From IMG/VR virus record IMGVR_UViG_3300010214_000051, positions 1 through 64,000 of that record: DNA of 64,000 bases, one strand, 5' to 3'. This DNA is from an uncultured virus (IMG/VR IMGVR_UViG_3300010214_000051) (taxonomy: Duplodnaviria > Heunggongvirae > Uroviricota > Caudoviricetes). Below, piece by piece: positions 36,597 to 45,818 of this stretch. The translations under genes were made by a program, and so were the position numbers. Within the stretch, counting starts at the first letter, position 1, and every line of letters begins with the position of its first letter. Under the pieces are notes generated by a model, which was not told the DNA's origin, made no database searches, and saw only the letters and a program-made list of their open reading frames with translations.

Positions 36597-36627
36597 CGGA
36601 TTTCATCATGATGAAGTGGTTGGCGAA

Positions 36628-36646
36628 TGTCACTATAAATGGGACA
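36628..36646. promoter_or_regulatory. 19-bp operator-like palindrome
   Basis: TGTCACTATAAATGGGACA. Confidence 0.7.
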
Positions 36647-36672
36647 TCTGAGGCGGGGGAAGATGCGTCGGG

Positions 36673-36858
36673 TCACGCTGACCATGGCGGACGCGTCGGG
36701 CGCTGGCCTTCTGGAAGGCGCGATCCGTGGGTGCGCAGGCAGTTCGGGCAGGTGTGTAGGTTGCCCGGCACCATGTCGAAGCAGCAATAACAGTCGGCCG
36801 GGCGCGGCTTTCGCGCGTAGGTCGTCGCCTTGCCACGCTCGATGACGGTCAGCTTCAT
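36673..36858 (-). CDS. Small Zn-finger protein
   Basis: CYCC...CPNC. Confidence 0.55.
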   Translation of the reverse strand: MKLTVIERGKATTYARKPRPADCYCCFDMVPGNLHTCPNCLRTHGSRLPEGQRPTRPPWSA

Positions 36859-36973
36859 TACCCCTCTCCCTGTTTGGCGCGAAGGATGGCGATGCAGAAC
36901 CGGGCCCAGAAATAGAGGCCGATTAGACCGACCGGAATGGTGATCGCGTCGATGAGGGCGGACAGGTCAGCGG

Positions 36974-37165
36974 TCATAGCTCATACTCCGACGTGACTCC
37001 GGTCATCCAAAGAGCCGCCGTGATTTCGTGCAGGCTGTCCTTCAGGTCAGCAACGCGCGAAAACATGCCGTCCTGCTCGGCGGTTTCGATCTCAAACTGG
37101 ATCTCGTCCATCTCAGCCTTCAGTTCACGGGCGCGACGATAGTTTGGGCGCAGGACACTATTCAT
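36974..37165 (-). CDS. Hypothetical helical protein
   Basis: MNSVLRPNY..., GGAG RBS. Confidence 0.55.
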   Translation of the reverse strand: MNSVLRPNYRRARELKAEMDEIQFEIETAEQDGMFSRVADLKDSLHEITAALWMTGVTSEYEL

Positions 37166-37237
37166 CTTCTGCTCCCCATCAGATTTCCAAGCACAATCAA
37201 GCACCAGACGGCGGCCCATAGTGCGGGCGATATTTCC

Positions 37238-37627
37238 TCACGCATCTTCTGCTCCTGGTGCTGGAGGGAGGGGGAGCGGCTTCCACCATTTCGGCGGTCC
37301 ATAGTTAATCTCGATGATCGGGCTGTCGTGGTATTCGCCCGGCGACGTTCCAGCCCACCACCAGCCATTTTCCCAGAAGGTGTCGCCCGCCTCGGCGCGG
37401 AGCCATGCCTCACCGACGAGCCACCCGCCATCGCGATCTGGCACGGCGACAATCACCGGATGCGCCTGACCTGACAGTTCGAACGTCTCAATAGGCCGCC
37501 ACTCCACCATCTCGCGGATGCAGGCGGCGGCTTCGGTGAGGGCTGCGCGAACATAGGTCATGCCGATCTCTTCGTGCGGATCGGCGTATGTCTCCAGCCG
37601 CCCAACCAGCTCCATAGGGTCGGTCAT
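37238..37627 (-). CDS. DUF551-like protein
   Basis: WRPIET ... P.WW.PLP.PP. Confidence 0.7.
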   Translation of the reverse strand: MTDPMELVGRLETYADPHEEIGMTYVRAALTEAAACIREMVEWRPIETFELSGQAHPVIVAVPDRDGGWLVGEAWLRAEAGDTFWENGWWWAGTSPGEYHDSPIIEINYGPPKWWKPLPLPPAPGAEDA

Positions 37628-37827
37628 TGGCACATCTCCTCAATCGCCATCTGGACAAGGGTTTCGGCCAGCAGGCGGGCTTTGTGAGGCTGGACGCGGG
37701 GGCACGTTTGGATTTCCACCTTCACGCCCGCCGCCTCATGCTCCGCCGTGACAATCCCGTAGTCAGGGCCGTTCGTGTGCTGGCCGCCAAGGCGGCTGCT
37801 GATGAAGCCGAACTTTATCTCACCCAC
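37624..37827 (-). CDS. Hypothetical protein
   Basis: GGQH..G..YG....H...G motif; coupled ORF. Confidence 0.6.
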   Translation of the reverse strand: MGEIKFGFISSRLGGQHTNGPDYGIVTAEHEAAGVKVEIQTCPRVQPHKARLLAETLVQMAIEEMCQ

Positions 37828-38473
37828 GTTCGGCCTCCTTGCTGAGGAAGGTACGGACTGCCTCGCACTGTTCGAACGTCGGCAAAGACCCGTTGATCGG
37901 ATCGCGAGGGAACTCAGGCAACATGGCCCGCATCAATTCTTTCGCCTCAGCCAGCTTGCGCTCTGCTTCTCGGGCGCGAGATCCGTTTTCCATCGCCTGA
38001 TCCTGTGCGATCTGGCAGGCTTCGTGTTTGCGGTTCAGGTCTTCCCGCAGCGCCGCGACCTCTGCGATGAGGGCTAGGACGGTGGCGGGATTGGCGGCGG
38101 CGTTGAATAGGTTGATGTGATAAATCTCATCCCATCGACCCTTTTGCGCGATGGCCTCCTCAGCCAGCCGCGCCAGTTCCGCATGATCGCCGGATGAGGC
38201 GAGGGCTGCGGTTGGTGCAGTAGCCTTGTCCAAATCAGCCAAGATCAGATCCGCAATCTCAACCTGGAGCGCGGCCCGTTCCTGAGTGCTGAATGGAATG
38301 GTCATTGGAGCCTCTGCGAACGGCAGAGCAGCATGGGTAGCGGAGTGAATGATCGATCTGAGGCGGTCGTAGCTGACGGGGCCAATCGTCTGTTCCGCTA
38401 CCTTCTCGCGCGGGCTCATGGTCTCAGGCATCGGGGCGTCTCCTAGTTCAAGGATCGGGCTGTAACCGCTCAT
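37820..38473 (-). CDS. Ead/Ea22-like protein
   Basis: L..LAE.A ... AAANPATVLAL..E signature. Confidence 0.7.
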   Translation of the reverse strand: MSGYSPILELGDAPMPETMSPREKVAEQTIGPVSYDRLRSIIHSATHAALPFAEAPMTIPFSTQERAALQVEIADLILADLDKATAPTAALASSGDHAELARLAEEAIAQKGRWDEIYHINLFNAAANPATVLALIAEVAALREDLNRKHEACQIAQDQAMENGSRAREAERKLAEAKELMRAMLPEFPRDPINGSLPTFEQCEAVRTFLSKEAERG

Positions 38474-39465
38474 TCCCCCGCCTCCCCAGGTGCTGCGTCC
38501 TGTTGCAGGGCGGCGAGGGCAGTATCGGCACGGTAAAGATCACCAACTGAAATTGCCGATGTTGCTTCATGCCAATGAATTTCAGGATCCTCCCAGCGCG
38601 ACGACAGGCTTCGGAAAGCCATCGAAAACGGCTCTAACGCCTCGACCGCCACCCGCAGCTTCTCAGCCTCTGGCGCGGGTGGGGTGTCTTCGTACTGCTC
38701 GAAAGCTGCCTCGACATTGAATAGGCCGATCTCAATCCAGCGCACGATCTCAGGCAGGCCGTTGATGCAGTCGGTGATCAGTGTTGAACTTCCGCCGTCT
38801 TGCTTGCCAGCCTGAATAGCCGCGATGTGGCCTTTCAGGGTGGTAATGGCTTGCTCGATAGGCTCGACGGCATCCGCCATCGGCTGCGCTTCCTCGCGGG
38901 CTTGGGGCTGGGCGCGGGGATACAGGCCGCGAGCCTCTGCCGGGTATGATGTCCCGTCAGGCATTACCCGAACGCCGCTGTTGATGATTTGCAGCGCCAA
39001 AGCTTGATCGCATGGGCACCACATCGACCACCCGATGGTCCCGTCAGATCGTCCGGTGCGATACTGCCACGCCTCTGGTTCATCCTCCCCCGCCCCCTCG
39101 CGGGTGGCGAGGTATCCGAAATCGACGCCTGTGATTTCAACGGCGCGCTTGAAGGCAGGAGTGGTCGCGAGGTAATCAGCCATCTCCGTGAAAGCCACCG
39201 TGCACAAGACTGCCTTCAGCGCATCGTCCACCGCCCCGCCTTCCTCGCGCACAGGGGCGGCGGTGTTTCGAGCCGCCACGTAGAACGCGGTCCAGGCGGG
39301 CGTGTCTTTCAGGCGATGACCTTGTTCGTCGCGCCACGTGCCGTGCTGGATGCCGCCAATGCCCTCGACAATGTCGATCAGGTCTTCAACCGGAGCGGAC
39401 ACCATGCGGATAGGGGGAGTCATGCTGCTTGCTCCTGGCGTGGTGATTTTGTCCTGAGCGCTCAT
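38470..39465 (-). CDS. Mosaic hypothetical protein
   Basis: 331 aa; shares exact DNA linkers with 40035..40862. Confidence 0.7.
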   Translation of the reverse strand: MSAQDKITTPGASSMTPPIRMVSAPVEDLIDIVEGIGGIQHGTWRDEQGHRLKDTPAWTAFYVAARNTAAPVREEGGAVDDALKAVLCTVAFTEMADYLATTPAFKRAVEITGVDFGYLATREGAGEDEPEAWQYRTGRSDGTIGWSMWCPCDQALALQIINSGVRVMPDGTSYPAEARGLYPRAQPQAREEAQPMADAVEPIEQAITTLKGHIAAIQAGKQDGGSSTLITDCINGLPEIVRWIEIGLFNVEAAFEQYEDTPPAPEAEKLRVAVEALEPFSMAFRSLSSRWEDPEIHWHEATSAISVGDLYRADTALAALQQDAAPGEAGE

Positions 39466-39708
39466 CCCTCACCCCCACGGGATTGGCGGGCGGCCGGATG
39501 GGTCGGCATCGGCATCCAAGCAATGACCTTGTGATTAGCGTGGACGAAGCCAACTCCAGCCCAAAACCAATCATCGTCAGGGTCGCCCTTCACCGGCGCG
39601 ATGGCCTCTCCGACATGATCGCCAGTCGTGGCGATGATGACGCTTTCGCCTTCGGGCGCGTTCTCGATGTCAAAGCGCCAGGCCTCCAGCACTTCGGGGG
39701 CGGTCATG
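39462..39708 (-). CDS. DUF551-like protein (start approximate)
   Basis: W..DIE.AP ... AWMP.P. Confidence 0.6.
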
Positions 39709-40033
39709 GCTGCACCTGTTGGGCTTGATCGTCGCCCTCGTCGGACTGAGACGTGCAAAATCTGCACGGGGCCGAAAGGTGGCAGGAGCAGCTTTCAGGT
39801 TCGCGCTCGACGTATCGATCGTACGAGCGTTCGCTCTCAGCGATGAGCGCCTTTGCTTTGGGCCAGACGGACGACAGGCGATCTAGCTCGCGCTCAGCAG
39901 CCCGCAAGGCATGCTCGCGCTCGGAGCAGATGCGGTAGGCCTCGCTCCCCTTGACCCAGGTACGCAGCGCCTCGACAGCCGCAATACCGGAGCGGATGCC
40001 ATATTCGATTTCTGACAGGCGAATATCAGGCAT
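39704..40033 (-). CDS. Hypothetical protein
   Basis: CSCHLSAPC..C motif. Confidence 0.6.
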   Translation of the reverse strand: MPDIRLSEIEYGIRSGIAAVEALRTWVKGSEAYRICSEREHALRAAERELDRLSSVWPKAKALIAESERSYDRYVEREPESCSCHLSAPCRFCTSQSDEGDDQAQQVQP

Positions 40034-40034
40034 C

Positions 40035-40862
40035 TCAGCGCCCCTCCTGTTGCAGGGCGGCGAGGGCCGGGACCAGGGTATTGATGGCGTCTCGAAGCTT
40101 CGTGTCGAGTGAAGCAATAGGTTTGCCCGCCACCGACAGCGCGGACAAAGCCGAAAGAATATCCTCAGACGCACCCACAAGTCCCCGCAGCTTGTCGGCG
40201 CTCGGGGCGGCAAATAAACCAGCAACGATCTTTTCAGCCTCAAGCGCAGCCTGCTTGGTTCCGACTTCCAGTGCCCTGTGTCCGCCGTCGCCGTGAATGA
40301 CTGCCAGCAGGTTTCCTAGCGCTTCCGGCGCAGACGAACGGGCGCGGAGGGCGGCGTGGTAGAAGGCGTCGAACGCGATTTGCTTCTTGACGCTGTAGTC
40401 GGCCACGTCGCGGTTTCGGTGACGGTATGTCGCCCACCACGCTTCAAACTCGGCCGGATAGTCTCGCTCCCCCGCCTCTGCCGGGGCTTCCTCGCGGGTG
40501 GCGAGGGCGGCGCTCATGACGGTCTTCAGCGCGTCAATGTTGACCGTGATCTCTCGATCCCAAAGGTCAGCGCGCTCCGAGCCCTCTGCCATGACGTCGG
40601 CAACTTCGGCCTCGAAGTCGTCAATGGCCTCCTGAAAATCGACGCAGGCCTTCTTCACCGCCCCGCCTTCCGGCGCGGGGGCTGCGGAGAGGCCGACGAA
40701 CACAGTGTCGAAAGCGGCTTGGGCGAGGGTCCGGTAGCGATATGCCGAAAGCTCGTGGCCGAACTCAGCATCGGCCTTCACAATAGCCTGGGTCATTCCT
40801 GCCAAAACTTCGGGCGACCCCATGTAGGGCTCAACCGGCACGGTAACGCGAGGGGTGGTCAT
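40035..40862 (-). CDS. Mosaic hypothetical protein
   Basis: 275 aa; NLLA.IH.DGGH module; shared linkers. Confidence 0.7.
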   Translation of the reverse strand: MTTPRVTVPVEPYMGSPEVLAGMTQAIVKADAEFGHELSAYRYRTLAQAAFDTVFVGLSAAPAPEGGAVKKACVDFQEAIDDFEAEVADVMAEGSERADLWDREITVNIDALKTVMSAALATREEAPAEAGERDYPAEFEAWWATYRHRNRDVADYSVKKQIAFDAFYHAALRARSSAPEALGNLLAVIHGDGGHRALEVGTKQAALEAEKIVAGLFAAPSADKLRGLVGASEDILSALSALSVAGKPIASLDTKLRDAINTLVPALAALQQEGR

Positions 40863-41092
40863 CCCAACATCTCCTTCAGGTCGTCGAAGCCGCAGACATG
40901 CTCACCGCTGACGAAGATCTGCGGCACGGTCTTCCAGGCGCCGATCAAGGCGAACAGGCTGTCGAAGGCATCCTCGGACGCGTCGACGTCGTGGTAGGTG
41001 AACGGAATGCCGCGCTCCGTGAGCAGGGCTTTCGCCTTGTCGCAGTAGGGGCAGGTCGGGGTTCCGAAGATCTCGGCGTGGGTGGGGGACAT
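40859..41092 (-). CDS. Glutaredoxin
   Basis: CPYC, TVPQIF, (C)GFDDL. Confidence 0.93.
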   Translation of the reverse strand: MSPTHAEIFGTPTCPYCDKAKALLTERGIPFTYHDVDASEDAFDSLFALIGAWKTVPQIFVSGEHVCGFDDLKEMLG

Positions 41093-41094
41093 GG

Positions 41095-41688
41095 TCAGAA
41101 CGCCTTCCCGCCGTCCTTGACCCGGTTCTCGACCTTGTGGTCGGCGCGGGTGGCGTTGAAGACGCGCTTCTGGGCGATGATGTCCAGCAGGTCGATGTGC
41201 TCGATCTCGGCGATGCGGAAGGCGATCGCCACGCCCTCGGCCATTGCGCCGACGTACTGCTGCACGCGACCCTTGCGGTAGTGCTCCATGGCTCGGGCGC
41301 AGCAGCCGACCAGCGCCATCAGGCGCTCGCTGCGGGACGCGGGGCGCAGCCAGCCGATGCCGTATTCCCTCGACAGGCCGACGAACGCGGGCATCTGTGC
41401 GCCCAGCGACACTTCGGCGCCGATCTGGTCGAGTTGCCGGATGACGAAGTCGCCCAGTTCCACGTCATACATGGGCAGGTGCGGCAGCTTGTCGTCCGGC
41501 TCGCCCATGGCGCCATCAGCAGCCTCGGAGACTTCGCTGACGGCCAGCATCAGCATTTCCGGGCGGTTGCGCGTCGCGAGGATGGACTCGCCGGTCTTCA
41601 GGTCGCTCCACCATCCGGCGGCGACGTTATCGGCATGGATTTCGGTGCAGAGGCGCGCGATGTCGGCGCCTGTGATCTTCGTGGTCAT
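41095..41688 (-). CDS. MazG-like nucleotide pyrophosphohydrolase
   Basis: GWW, SE.SEA..G, ELGD..IR.LD, K..FN.TR. Confidence 0.8.
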   Translation of the reverse strand: MTTKITGADIARLCTEIHADNVAAGWWSDLKTGESILATRNRPEMLMLAVSEVSEAADGAMGEPDDKLPHLPMYDVELGDFVIRQLDQIGAEVSLGAQMPAFVGLSREYGIGWLRPASRSERLMALVGCCARAMEHYRKGRVQQYVGAMAEGVAIAFRIAEIEHIDLLDIIAQKRVFNATRADHKVENRVKDGGKAF

Positions 41689-42020
41689 CGTGTTTCTCTC
41701 AGGGGTTGTTCGACCGCTGCCAGGTCGGCCAGTTTCGCGCTGATGCAGGCGCCGTCGGGCAGCCGAACGAGCGCCCAGCCTGCCTCGATGAAGCGGATTT
41801 CTCCGACGCCGTATTCGGTGGAGACCTGGTCGCCCACACGCAGGACGCGCCCAAGCAGGCGGATGGTCGGGGTGATCCCGGTCCGCTTCTCGAACTTGGT
41901 CAGGAAGTCTGCGCCCAGCAGCCCGTCTGACATCGTCTCGGCCACGGTGGCTTCGATGAGGATCTGAACCCGGTCGCCGGGCCGGACTTCGTCGGCGGCT
42001 AGTTGCGACGCCTCAATCAT
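41685..42020 (-). CDS. Hypothetical protein
   Basis: Coupled ORF, SH3-like C-terminus. Confidence 0.6.
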   Translation of the reverse strand: MIEASQLAADEVRPGDRVQILIEATVAETMSDGLLGADFLTKFEKRTGITPTIRLLGRVLRVGDQVSTEYGVGEIRFIEAGWALVRLPDGACISAKLADLAAVEQPLRETR

Positions 42021-42427
42021 AGTGGCCTCGATAGTTCGCAGATCTCCACTTCGGAGCCTACGTCGATCCCCACGGTGAGGCCTGCGTCTTCGGCCGCTTT
42101 AATCGCCGCATTCAGGGCAGCGCACGCCCCGCGCACGGCTTCCGCCAGCTCTGCGTCCGTGGGCTCGGAGTCGGCGTAGCGGTCGGCGACGGTGAGCGGC
42201 GTACCGGGCGCCCCGGCGGTGCGGATGTCCACGACGAAGTCTTCAAGGGACAGGCTAGCGGCCCAAGGACCTACTAACGGGCGGCCCAAGCCTTCTTCGT
42301 CCTGATACGACACCTGCGCGCCACGCTGCGTCAGGGCGTAGGCGATCGCGGCGCCAACGATGGTTTTCCCGCAGCCGTCCGGGCCATCCAGGGTAACCTG
42401 CAGCCGTTTCTCCGTGGTCGTATTCAC
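42017..42427 (-). CDS. Protein with N-terminal P-loop (dTMP-kinase-like start)
   Basis: LDGPDGCGKT. Confidence 0.55.
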   Translation of the reverse strand: MNTTTEKRLQVTLDGPDGCGKTIVGAAIAYALTQRGAQVSYQDEEGLGRPLVGPWAASLSLEDFVVDIRTAGAPGTPLTVADRYADSEPTDAELAEAVRGACAALNAAIKAAEDAGLTVGIDVGSEVEICELSRPL

Positions 42428-42489
42428 TCAGTTTCTCCGTGGTCGGGTGGGTCTCGTTACCTGAAACGATGCGCAGTCTGCGAGACGCT

Positions 42490-42508
42490 TGTCAACATAA
42501 AAGAGACG
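42490..42508. promoter_or_regulatory. 19-bp operator overlapping a minus-strand TTGACA
   Basis: TGTCAACATAAAAGAGACG. Confidence 0.7.
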
Positions 42509-42799
42509 GATCGTATTTCCTCGCGGGCGCGGTTTCCCTGTCCTCGTATTTCCTCGGGGTTTCTCCGAGGGGGTGGGGCAGGGGCGCCGGCGGCCGGCCG
42601 CGGATCGGCACGGATTCGGCGTCAGTTCACGGTCTGTTCACGGTGCGAGGGCGCCTGGTTGGCACGGAAAACCCTGTAAAATCAGCGGATTAGCGACTCC
42701 TGGCGGTTGCGCGCTGCAGTGGCGCCGGGTCGCCATGGGCGCCAGCTGGCGGCAACCTGGGGACGGCGCCGCGGCTATAAGAAAAATCAGGTGGACGCG

Positions 42800-42818
42800 C
42801 GTCTCACTAAATGAGACA
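42800..42818. promoter_or_regulatory. 19-bp operator-like palindrome
   Basis: CGTCTCACTAAATGAGACA. Confidence 0.7.
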
Positions 42819-42867
42819 AACAATCATCGAAACGGGCGCGGATCGGCGCCAATCGGGAGACACGGAA

Positions 42868-43107
42868 ATGGCTCAAACAAAGATCGGCGCATTGCTCGAG
42901 GTGCTGGATGCGGGCGGTCATGTCATGGGGCGCCGCGCCAGCTACTATGACGCGAAGGCTATTCGCGACGGAATGCGCGCGAACGATTGGCTGCAGCGCG
43001 CCAGGGCGGCGACGAAAAACTATCGCGTCCGCGTCGAGGAATGCCGCGACGGGGCCGGTCGCCTCACTGTCTCGACTTTCAACCGCTCGCATTCCGTCAC
43101 GCTGTGA
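42868..43107 (+). CDS. Hypothetical early protein
   Basis: GGAG RBS. Confidence 0.6.
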   Translation: MAQTKIGALLEVLDAGGHVMGRRASYYDAKAIRDGMRANDWLQRARAATKNYRVRVEECRDGAGRLTVSTFNRSHSVTL

Positions 43108-43139
43108 TCGCCCCTTTTAAACAGACGAAAGGTCCCGCC

Positions 43140-43448
43140 ATGTCTCATTTCACTGTAACGCTTCGCCCGGGCTTTCTCGCCCGTTCCGTCGCCCTAGTCG
43201 TCGTCCCGGTCTCGCCCGACTCTTCGCATTGGACCGTTCGCGCCCGGGACAACGTCGGCGCGTTTCACCCCGTTAGGTTTCGCGGCCAGCCGCTGCAGCG
43301 GTTTCTGACGCGCGGCGACGCGGCGGCCTTCCTCACTGACAACGTGGCGCCCGCAACGGTTTGGGCCGTCGCCGAGACCCGCCCTTACGTTCGCCCGGCT
43401 ATCGGCCGCGCCGTCGAAACGGGAGTCGCGCAATGCTTCGCCGCATAG
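43140..43448 (+). CDS. Hypothetical early protein
   Basis: AAAGG RBS. Confidence 0.55.
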   Translation: MSHFTVTLRPGFLARSVALVVVPVSPDSSHWTVRARDNVGAFHPVRFRGQPLQRFLTRGDAAAFLTDNVAPATVWAVAETRPYVRPAIGRAVETGVAQCFAA

Positions 43449-43556
43449 CCCGCGACGCCTTCGCGTTGGCCGTTTTCATGGCCGTTTTCACCCTCTTCGC
43501 AATCGCCGCCGCGCCGTCGCCGGTTTGGCCCTGAAACACTGAAGGATTGAGAGAAA

Positions 43557-44114
43557 ATGACTGTTCGCATTTATGCCGCTTGCCTCGCTAGCTACAATAA
43601 CGGCGTTTTGCACGGCCGTTGGATTGACGCCAGTTCGGACGTCGACGCCATGCAAACGGAACTGGCGGCGATGCTTCGCGCCTCGCCTTATCCGAACGTC
43701 ACGGTCCGCGACCCTGAAACGGGCGAGAATGTCCCGTCCGCGGAGGAATGGGCGATACACGACTCGGAGGGCTTGCCGTCGACGTTCGGCGAATATTGTG
43801 GACTGCAGGCCGTCGCCGATTATGTCGCCCTGTGCGAAGAGCATTCGCATATCGACTCGGTCGATATGGCCGCCATTGTTGCAGACTTCGGAACAGTCGA
43901 CGCGGCGCGCGGCGCTTTAGACGATAACTTTTGTGGCATTTACCCGTCGTTCAAAGACTATGCGGAGGAAGCCGCGGACGAAATGCTTTCCGCTCATGAG
44001 AACTTGCCGGAAGCCGTTTCGCGTTACTTCGATTACGCCGCCTTCGCGCGAGACCTTCGCCACGACATGCACCCCGTTGACGTCCCGTCCGGCGTTGCCG
44101 TTTTCTATGCCTAA
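43557..44114 (+). CDS. ardA: Antirestriction protein ArdA
   Basis: IY.ACLASYN.G.LHG.WID, EEWAIHD.EG, YFDY.AFARDL; acidic. Confidence 0.93.
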   Translation: MTVRIYAACLASYNNGVLHGRWIDASSDVDAMQTELAAMLRASPYPNVTVRDPETGENVPSAEEWAIHDSEGLPSTFGEYCGLQAVADYVALCEEHSHIDSVDMAAIVADFGTVDAARGALDDNFCGIYPSFKDYAEEAADEMLSAHENLPEAVSRYFDYAAFARDLRHDMHPVDVPSGVAVFYA

Positions 44115-44116
44115 AT

Positions 44117-44135
44117 TGTCCCTAAAAATCAGACA
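44117..44135. promoter_or_regulatory. 19-bp operator-like palindrome
   Basis: TGTCCCTAAAAATCAGACA. Confidence 0.65.
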
Positions 44136-44148
44136 AAGGACTCAAGAT

Positions 44149-44736
44149 ATGCCGCAATTCCAACTTGATACGTCCGGCGCCGTTGCGATTCACGGTCGCC
44201 GCTCGCAACCAAACCCCGCCGAGTTCACGGCCTGGGATCACCTGGACCCCTTCACGCAAGGTTACATTCGGGCGCTGTTTTTCACGTCCGAAGAACATCT
44301 GTGCGAGGAAAGCGACGGCGCCCGCCATATGCCGAATGTCGCTTTCGACATGGCGACCATGGAATCGCATTATGTCGGCGACGACTCGTTTGGTTTTAGC
44401 GACCTGGCGCCTTGCGCGCTGGCGTCTATCATCGCCGATTGCGAGGCGTTTCAGGCGCGCGCCGAGGCCCTGCTAAATCTCGCTTATGATCAGCCCGGCT
44501 ATTCCGAAGAGCGCGCCGGACATGACTTTTGGATGACGCGAAACGGGCACGGTGTCGGCTTCTGGGACCGCCGCAACTTGAAGGCCGAAACGCCCGAGTC
44601 GTTGTGGGTTACCGGACAAGCGGGCGAGGGATGCGGAACCATTGGCGCGGACCTTAGCAACCTTTGCGGCTGGCGCACGGAATGGGGCGAAGTCTCGCCT
44701 TACCTGGGCGACGACGGGAAGGTGTATCTGTCATGA
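44149..44736 (+). CDS. Conserved phage hypothetical protein
   Basis: GHDFW.TRNGHG.GFWDR motif; AAGGA RBS. Confidence 0.75.
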   Translation: MPQFQLDTSGAVAIHGRRSQPNPAEFTAWDHLDPFTQGYIRALFFTSEEHLCEESDGARHMPNVAFDMATMESHYVGDDSFGFSDLAPCALASIIADCEAFQARAEALLNLAYDQPGYSEERAGHDFWMTRNGHGVGFWDRRNLKAETPESLWVTGQAGEGCGTIGADLSNLCGWRTEWGEVSPYLGDDGKVYLS

Positions 44737-44915
44737 GCGGGATCAGACTCACGCCGGGCGCGCGCCTTTGGAATGGCGCCATAGTTACCCCGCAAATGGC
44801 GGCCGCCTATAACAGCGCCAGTGAGCGAATCGAGCGCTTTGAAGCGGAGGGCCGCCGGGCGCCGGACAATCTGCTAAACGGCCGCCACAACATCATTGCG
44901 GGCGCGCGGCCATGA
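44733..44915 (+). CDS. Hypothetical protein
   Basis: ATGA-coupled ORF. Confidence 0.55.
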   Translation: MSGIRLTPGARLWNGAIVTPQMAAAYNSASERIERFEAEGRRAPDNLLNGRHNIIAGARP

Positions 44916-45226
44916 CAGACGTTTCCGCCCTTCGCGAACTGGGCCGCGCTTATGCCAACGGCCTCGCGCTTCCCAAGCTGGCGAACGCCATTGCCGCGGC
45001 CCTGGGTTACGCCTCGCCGGACGCCCTTCGCGCGGCCGCCATTGTGCGAGAGTCGCCCTCTTCAACGCGAGACCGCGACAAGGTGCACGGCGCCGCGCGG
45101 TACGCCCTCGAGGTGATAGAGGCCGCCCATGGCTTGCGTGGCATGGCTCGCCGCCGCGAGCTGGCGCCCTTGCCGCTCGCCCTGGAGTCCATCGTCGCGG
45201 CCGCCGTGTATGAGGCCGCGCCATGA
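44912..45226 (+). CDS. Hypothetical protein
   Basis: ATGA-coupled ORF. Confidence 0.6.
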   Translation: MTDVSALRELGRAYANGLALPKLANAIAAALGYASPDALRAAAIVRESPSSTRDRDKVHGAARYALEVIEAAHGLRGMARRRELAPLPLALESIVAAAVYEAAP

Positions 45227-45546
45227 CAGACGTTTCACCAGCGTTCCGCGCCGAGATCCTGGACGCCGTGGCGCTTGCCGGGCTGGACATTCCGCCGCCG
45301 GTTTTCAGGGCGAGCGGCGACAATGAGGCAGCCTTCTTTCCAACGCTCGCAAGCGCCGCCGTGTCGTTCCGTGGCGGGCCTATTGAATGGCGGGCGGCCG
45401 CATCCGTGGCGCCGCTCTTCGCGGTACACGCGGACGGCCAAGAAAAGGAACCGCTAGGCCGGGCGTTCGTGGCGTCGCTTCGCAATGCGCTGATATGGCT
45501 GGCGCTGTTCTGGGGCGTCTGCGCTCTATTGTCCCGTTTAAGTTGA
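45223..45546 (+). CDS. Hypothetical protein with C-terminal TM
   Basis: ATGA-coupled; same MTDVS start as upstream ORF. Confidence 0.55.
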   Translation: MTDVSPAFRAEILDAVALAGLDIPPPVFRASGDNEAAFFPTLASAAVSFRGGPIEWRAAASVAPLFAVHADGQEKEPLGRAFVASLRNALIWLALFWGVCALLSRLS

Positions 45547-45548
45547 CA
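45530..45548 (+). promoter_or_regulatory. 19-bp operator containing TTGACA
   Basis: TGTCCCGTTTAAGTTGACA upstream of the C4-like unit. Confidence 0.7.
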
Positions 45549-45619
45549 AATGCGAATGACTTGCATTTAGTCCGAGTCGCGCCTATGGTTTGAGCGTCGG
45601 CGGCATAATCCGCTGATAC

Positions 45620-45808
45620 GGTTTAGCAGCCGTTTCAAACCAAAGGCGCCACAACGCGCCATAGGACCGCCCTTTTGGCGCGTTTTTCTATGGCCGGACG
45701 GCGTTGGGGAGCCGCAAGGCTCGCCGCTACCTTTGGGGCGGTCTGCTAACCCGGCGTCGTCCGGTCACCATGTTTAGCAGCGTGGCGGCCGGTTTCTCAA
45801 TCCAAAGG
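45620..45808 (+). ncRNA. C4-like antisense RNA with flanking a/b target sites
   Basis: TTAGCAG and CCAAAGG occur on both sides of their complements CCTTTGG and CTGCTAA; GAGCC-GCAA-GGCTC hairpin. Confidence 0.75.
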
Positions 45809-45818
45809 AACCGAAACA

